From Candidatus Krumholzibacteriota bacterium (GTDB taxonomy: Bacteria > Krumholzibacteriota > Krumholzibacteriia > JAJRXK01): a stretch of DNA of 64,000 bases. Shown one piece after another: positions 61,262 to 64,000 of this stretch. The stretch spans positions 17,078-81,077 of the forward strand of contig CAVSGG010000012.1 in NCBI GenBank assembly GCA_963727455.1, given 5' to 3'. How positions within the stretch are numbered: position 1 is the stretch's first letter; every line of letters starts with the position of its first letter. The notes under the pieces are model-generated. The model was not told where the DNA came from. It saw only the letters and a program-made list of their open reading frames with translations, and made no database searches. Position numbers and translations under genes: made by a program.

Positions 61262-62307
61262 CGTCTACCTCCCTCCCTTCGGCGCGGTGCGCCGCCTCGC
61301 GCAGTCCCAGGATTCTCGTAATCAACTCGACCACCCGGTTGGCGTAGCCCCAACCGTTGTCGTACCAGATCACCGACTTGGCCAGGTTTCCTCCGATGAC
61401 GAGAGTGCAGAGACTGTCGAAGATCGCCGAGTGCGAATTCCCGATAATGTCGCTGCTCACCACCGCATCCTCGCTGTACTCGACGATCGAGGCGTAAGTG
61501 GTCTTGGCCGCCGATCGAATCACCTCGTTGATCTCCTCGCGTTTCACGTCACGCTCTAGTAGGCAGGTGAGATCGATGTTCGATCCGTCGGGCACCGGCA
61601 CGTTGAGCGCCATGCCATCCAGCTTGCCTTCGAGCTCCGGAAGCACGCGCCCGATCCCCGCGGGAGAGTAGGTCGAGGTGGGAATGATGTTCTCCGCCGC
61701 GGCGCGACTTCTCCTCAGATCGGCTCCGGGGACGTCGGCCAGGCGAAGGGCATTGGTGTAGGCGTGCACGGAGGTCATGACCGCGTGCGCCACTCCGAAG
61801 TTGTCGTCCAAGTAGGCGCAGGATCGGCGCCAAGCGTTGATGGTGCAGGAGCCGTTGCTCACGATACGATGCGAAGCGTCGAGGGCATCGTCGTTCACCC
61901 CGGTCACGATCAGGGCATCCACGTCCTCGGGCGTCTTGGGCGGGTAGCACAGAATGACCGCGTGGGCGCCCCGGTCCAGATGCCGGGTGAGCATCTCGCG
62001 CGTGCGGTATTTGCCCGGTGGCCTCGATGACCACGTCCACCCCCAGCGCGCCCCAGTCCACCTCACCCGGCTCTCTGGCCGTGATCATCTGAATCTGCCG
62101 GCCCTTCACGTACATCGCGCTCCCCACGACCGAAACCGGGTCGCGGAAGCGCCCGTGGACGGTGTCGAATTTCAGCAGATATTCCAGACCCTTGGGATCG
62201 GCCACGTCGACGATGGCTCGGACTTCGATATCGTCGCGAGGATAGACGATGCGGAAGATGTTCCGGCCGATGCGCCCGAAACCCATGATTCCGATTCGTA
62301 CGTTCAT
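61262..62307 (-). CDS. Second, divergent GAPDH paralogue; at least three frameshifts, 3' end unresolved as sequenced
   Basis: ATG 62307. MNVRIGIMGFGRIGRNIF…VVIEATG / KYRTREMLTRHLDRGAHAVIL…IVSNGSCTINA / LAPILRLL / DDNFGVAHAVMTSVHAYTN…WYDNGWGYANRVVEL. No in-frame stop before the gap start. Stops exist in both other frames at 61262-61270. Confidence 0.75.
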
Positions 62308-62599
62308 ATCCGCTCTCACTTCCGATTGTAGAAGACGCGGGCGAGAGTTGGTCCCCCGCGCCGTCCCGATGCGAGGCATCAAGCTAGCGCCGTTGCGCCA
62401 GATTATCCAGTCCCGCGTGCCGGCGGCCCTCTCGACGCCATCTTGCCGCCCCACCCCACAAGTGCTAGTGTGCCTTGCCGCCTCCGGGAAGACCCTGGAG
62501 GCCACAATTCCGGATCGGATCGCTCCCCCGCGGGCGGGGGACGAGAGCGGCGAGACCCGCACTTTCGGATTGCGGATCGCATTCTCCAAGGAGGACGAA

Positions 62600-63719
62600 G
62601 TGGCGAAATATCGCATCGCATGGATGCCCGGCGACGGCGTGGGCAAGGAAGTCATGCAGGCTGCGCGAATCTGTTTGGATGCTTTGAACTTCGACGCCGA
62701 ATACGCCGGACGCGGAAATTGGCTGGGAGCTGTGGATGAAGGAGGGCAATCCCCTGCCCGATCGCACCCTGGAAATTTTGCGCGGCACCGATGCCTGCCT
62801 CTTCGGCGCCATCACCTCCAAGCCCAAGGCCGAGGCCGAGGCGAGTCTGCCCGAAAATCTCAGAGGCAAGGGACACGAGTACTTCAGTCCCATCGTGCGG
62901 CTCCGCCAGGAATTCGACCTGCACACCAATCTCAGACCCTGCAAGGCCTACCCGGGGAATCCCCTCAACTACCGGGACACCATCGATCTCGTGGTGTTCC
63001 GCGAGAACACCGAGGGACTCTACGTCGGAATCGAGTGGAGCCCGGTGCCCGAGGAGTTGTGGAAATCGGTCCGGGCCAATCACAAGAAAGCGGCCCGCTT
63101 CGATTCCACGCCACTTGACGAAATGGCGATGAGCGTCAGGATCATCACCGAGAAGGGAGCGCGGCGCATCGTGACCCAGGCTTTCGAATATGCCAAGAAG
63201 CACGGACGCAAGAGCGTGACCTTGGTGGAAAAGCCCAACGTTCTGCGTGAAACCAGCGGTCTCATGACGCGCGTCGCGCGTGAAGTCGCGGCTGGCTATC
63301 CGGGAATCGAGCTCTGGGAGACCAACATCGATGCCATGATGATGTGGCTGGTGAAGAACCCCGAGAGCTACGAGGTCATCGTCACTTCGAACATGTTCGG
63401 CGACATCACTAGCGACCTCTGCGCGCAGTTGGTCGGCGGTCTCGGATTCGCGTGCAGCGGTAACATTGGCGACGAGTACGCCGTCTTCGAGCCCACTCAC
63501 GGCAGTGCGCCAAAATACGAGGGCCAGAACAAGGTCAATCCCATCGCGGAGATCCTCACCGCGAAAATGATGCTCGAGTGGCTCGGGGAAGGGCAGTTGG
63601 CACGACGCTTGGAAGGCGCCGTGGCCGAGGTCATCGCGGAGGCCAAGGTGCGTACCTACGACATGGGAGGCAACAGCACGACTCTGGAACTCGCTGAGGC
63701 CGTGGCTGCCAAACTCTAG
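62600..63719 (+). CDS. Isocitrate/isopropylmalate dehydrogenase family protein; one frameshift as sequenced
   Basis: GTG 62600 after [24 protein letters not shown]…FDAEYA / (extra G at 62708-62709) / DAEIGWELW…LFGAITS…NLRPCK…[10 protein letters not shown]…[11 protein letters not shown]…[10 protein letters not shown]. Confidence 0.8.
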
Positions 63720-63727
63720 GAGAGCGC

Positions 63728-64000
63728 GTGCTGCTTTCTCCACTCGATCTGCTCGTCGTCGCCCTCTACGCCGGGGCCGTTCTCGGCCTCGGCGTTCTCG
63801 CTTCCTTCCGGCAGAAAGGAAGCAGTGAGTTCTTCCTCGCGGGACGCTCGCTTCCCTGGCCGCTGGTCGGCGTTTCCATTCTCGCAACCGCATTTTCGGC
63901 CGCATCACTCTCTGGGAGGACCGGGCGAGGCCTTTCGAACACGGCTTGCTCTGGCTGCAACTCCAGCTCGGCGACCTGCCGCCATCCTGGTCGTGTGTTG
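63728..64000 (+). CDS. Sodium:solute symporter family protein, 5' part (partial at window edge; frameshifted)
   Basis: GTG 63728. LSPLDLLVVALYAGAVLGLGVLASFRQKGSSEFFLAGRSLPWPLVGVSILATAFSAAS, then the expected LGGPGEAF… and …LGDL…AAILVV continue in other frames. Confidence 0.6.
   Translation, partial: MLLSPLDLLVVALYAGAVLGLGVLASFRQKGSSEFFLAGRSLPWPLVGVSILATAFSAASLSGRTGRGLSNTACSGCNSSSATCRHPGRVL

Noticed and set aside
62652-63908. 418-aa minus-strand ORF over the IDH/IPMDH-family gene
   Set aside because: Antisense to a conserved dehydrogenase. No motifs.

Overview
This is GC-rich bacterial chromosomal DNA, densely coding and mostly housekeeping. I recognised no rRNA, tRNA, CRISPR array, transposase or integrase by eye.

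The window falls into two parts that meet at about 18.33 kb, where two convergent genes are both cut off.

Left part (1-18.3 kb):
- Tat-signal Gfo/Idh/MocA oxidoreductase
- truncated sulfatase
- MacA-like adaptor plus ABC ATPase
- prmA
- a dksA-like/rpmG/rpsR cluster
- gmd
- DUF255 thioredoxin-domain protein
- CPBP protease
- thiL, tsaE, tsaB
- YVTN-propeller/dihaem cytochrome c protein
- aldo-keto reductase
- discoidin-domain protein

This gene content looks like a Planctomycetes/Verrucomicrobia-type genome, but that is inference only.

Right part (18.4-64 kb):
- SPFH/NfeD pair, PhzF-like isomerase, glnA
- PIN-PhoH (PhoH2), lgt, two RNA methyltransferases
- an uncharacterised 495-aa membrane protein, DUF1579 protein, metH
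- a repeat-tailed lipoprotein, MBL hydrolase, DUF62 SAM hydrolase, NhaC-family antiporter, IMPase
- an AMMECR1 / polytopic membrane protein / TM-sulfatase-like cluster
- a complete nuoA-N operon with nuoC and nuoD fused
- pabB-pabC, a double-parvulin lipoprotein, two tandem GAPDH genes
- an isocitrate/isopropylmalate dehydrogenase family gene
- the start of a sodium:solute symporter

The most striking property is technical or structural. Single-base frameshifts are very dense in blocks (1-4.9 kb, 7.4-18.3 kb, 55.7-64 kb) and absent elsewhere (4.9-7.4 kb, 18.4-55.6 kb). Most of the shifts I could resolve sit at short homopolymers, which points to assembly or sequencing error rather than true pseudogenes.

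I did not find a recognisable defence island or a clearly novel multi-gene system. The best candidates for genuine novelty are the 495-aa membrane protein (27457-28944) and the envelope-type cluster at 38.7-43.0 kb.
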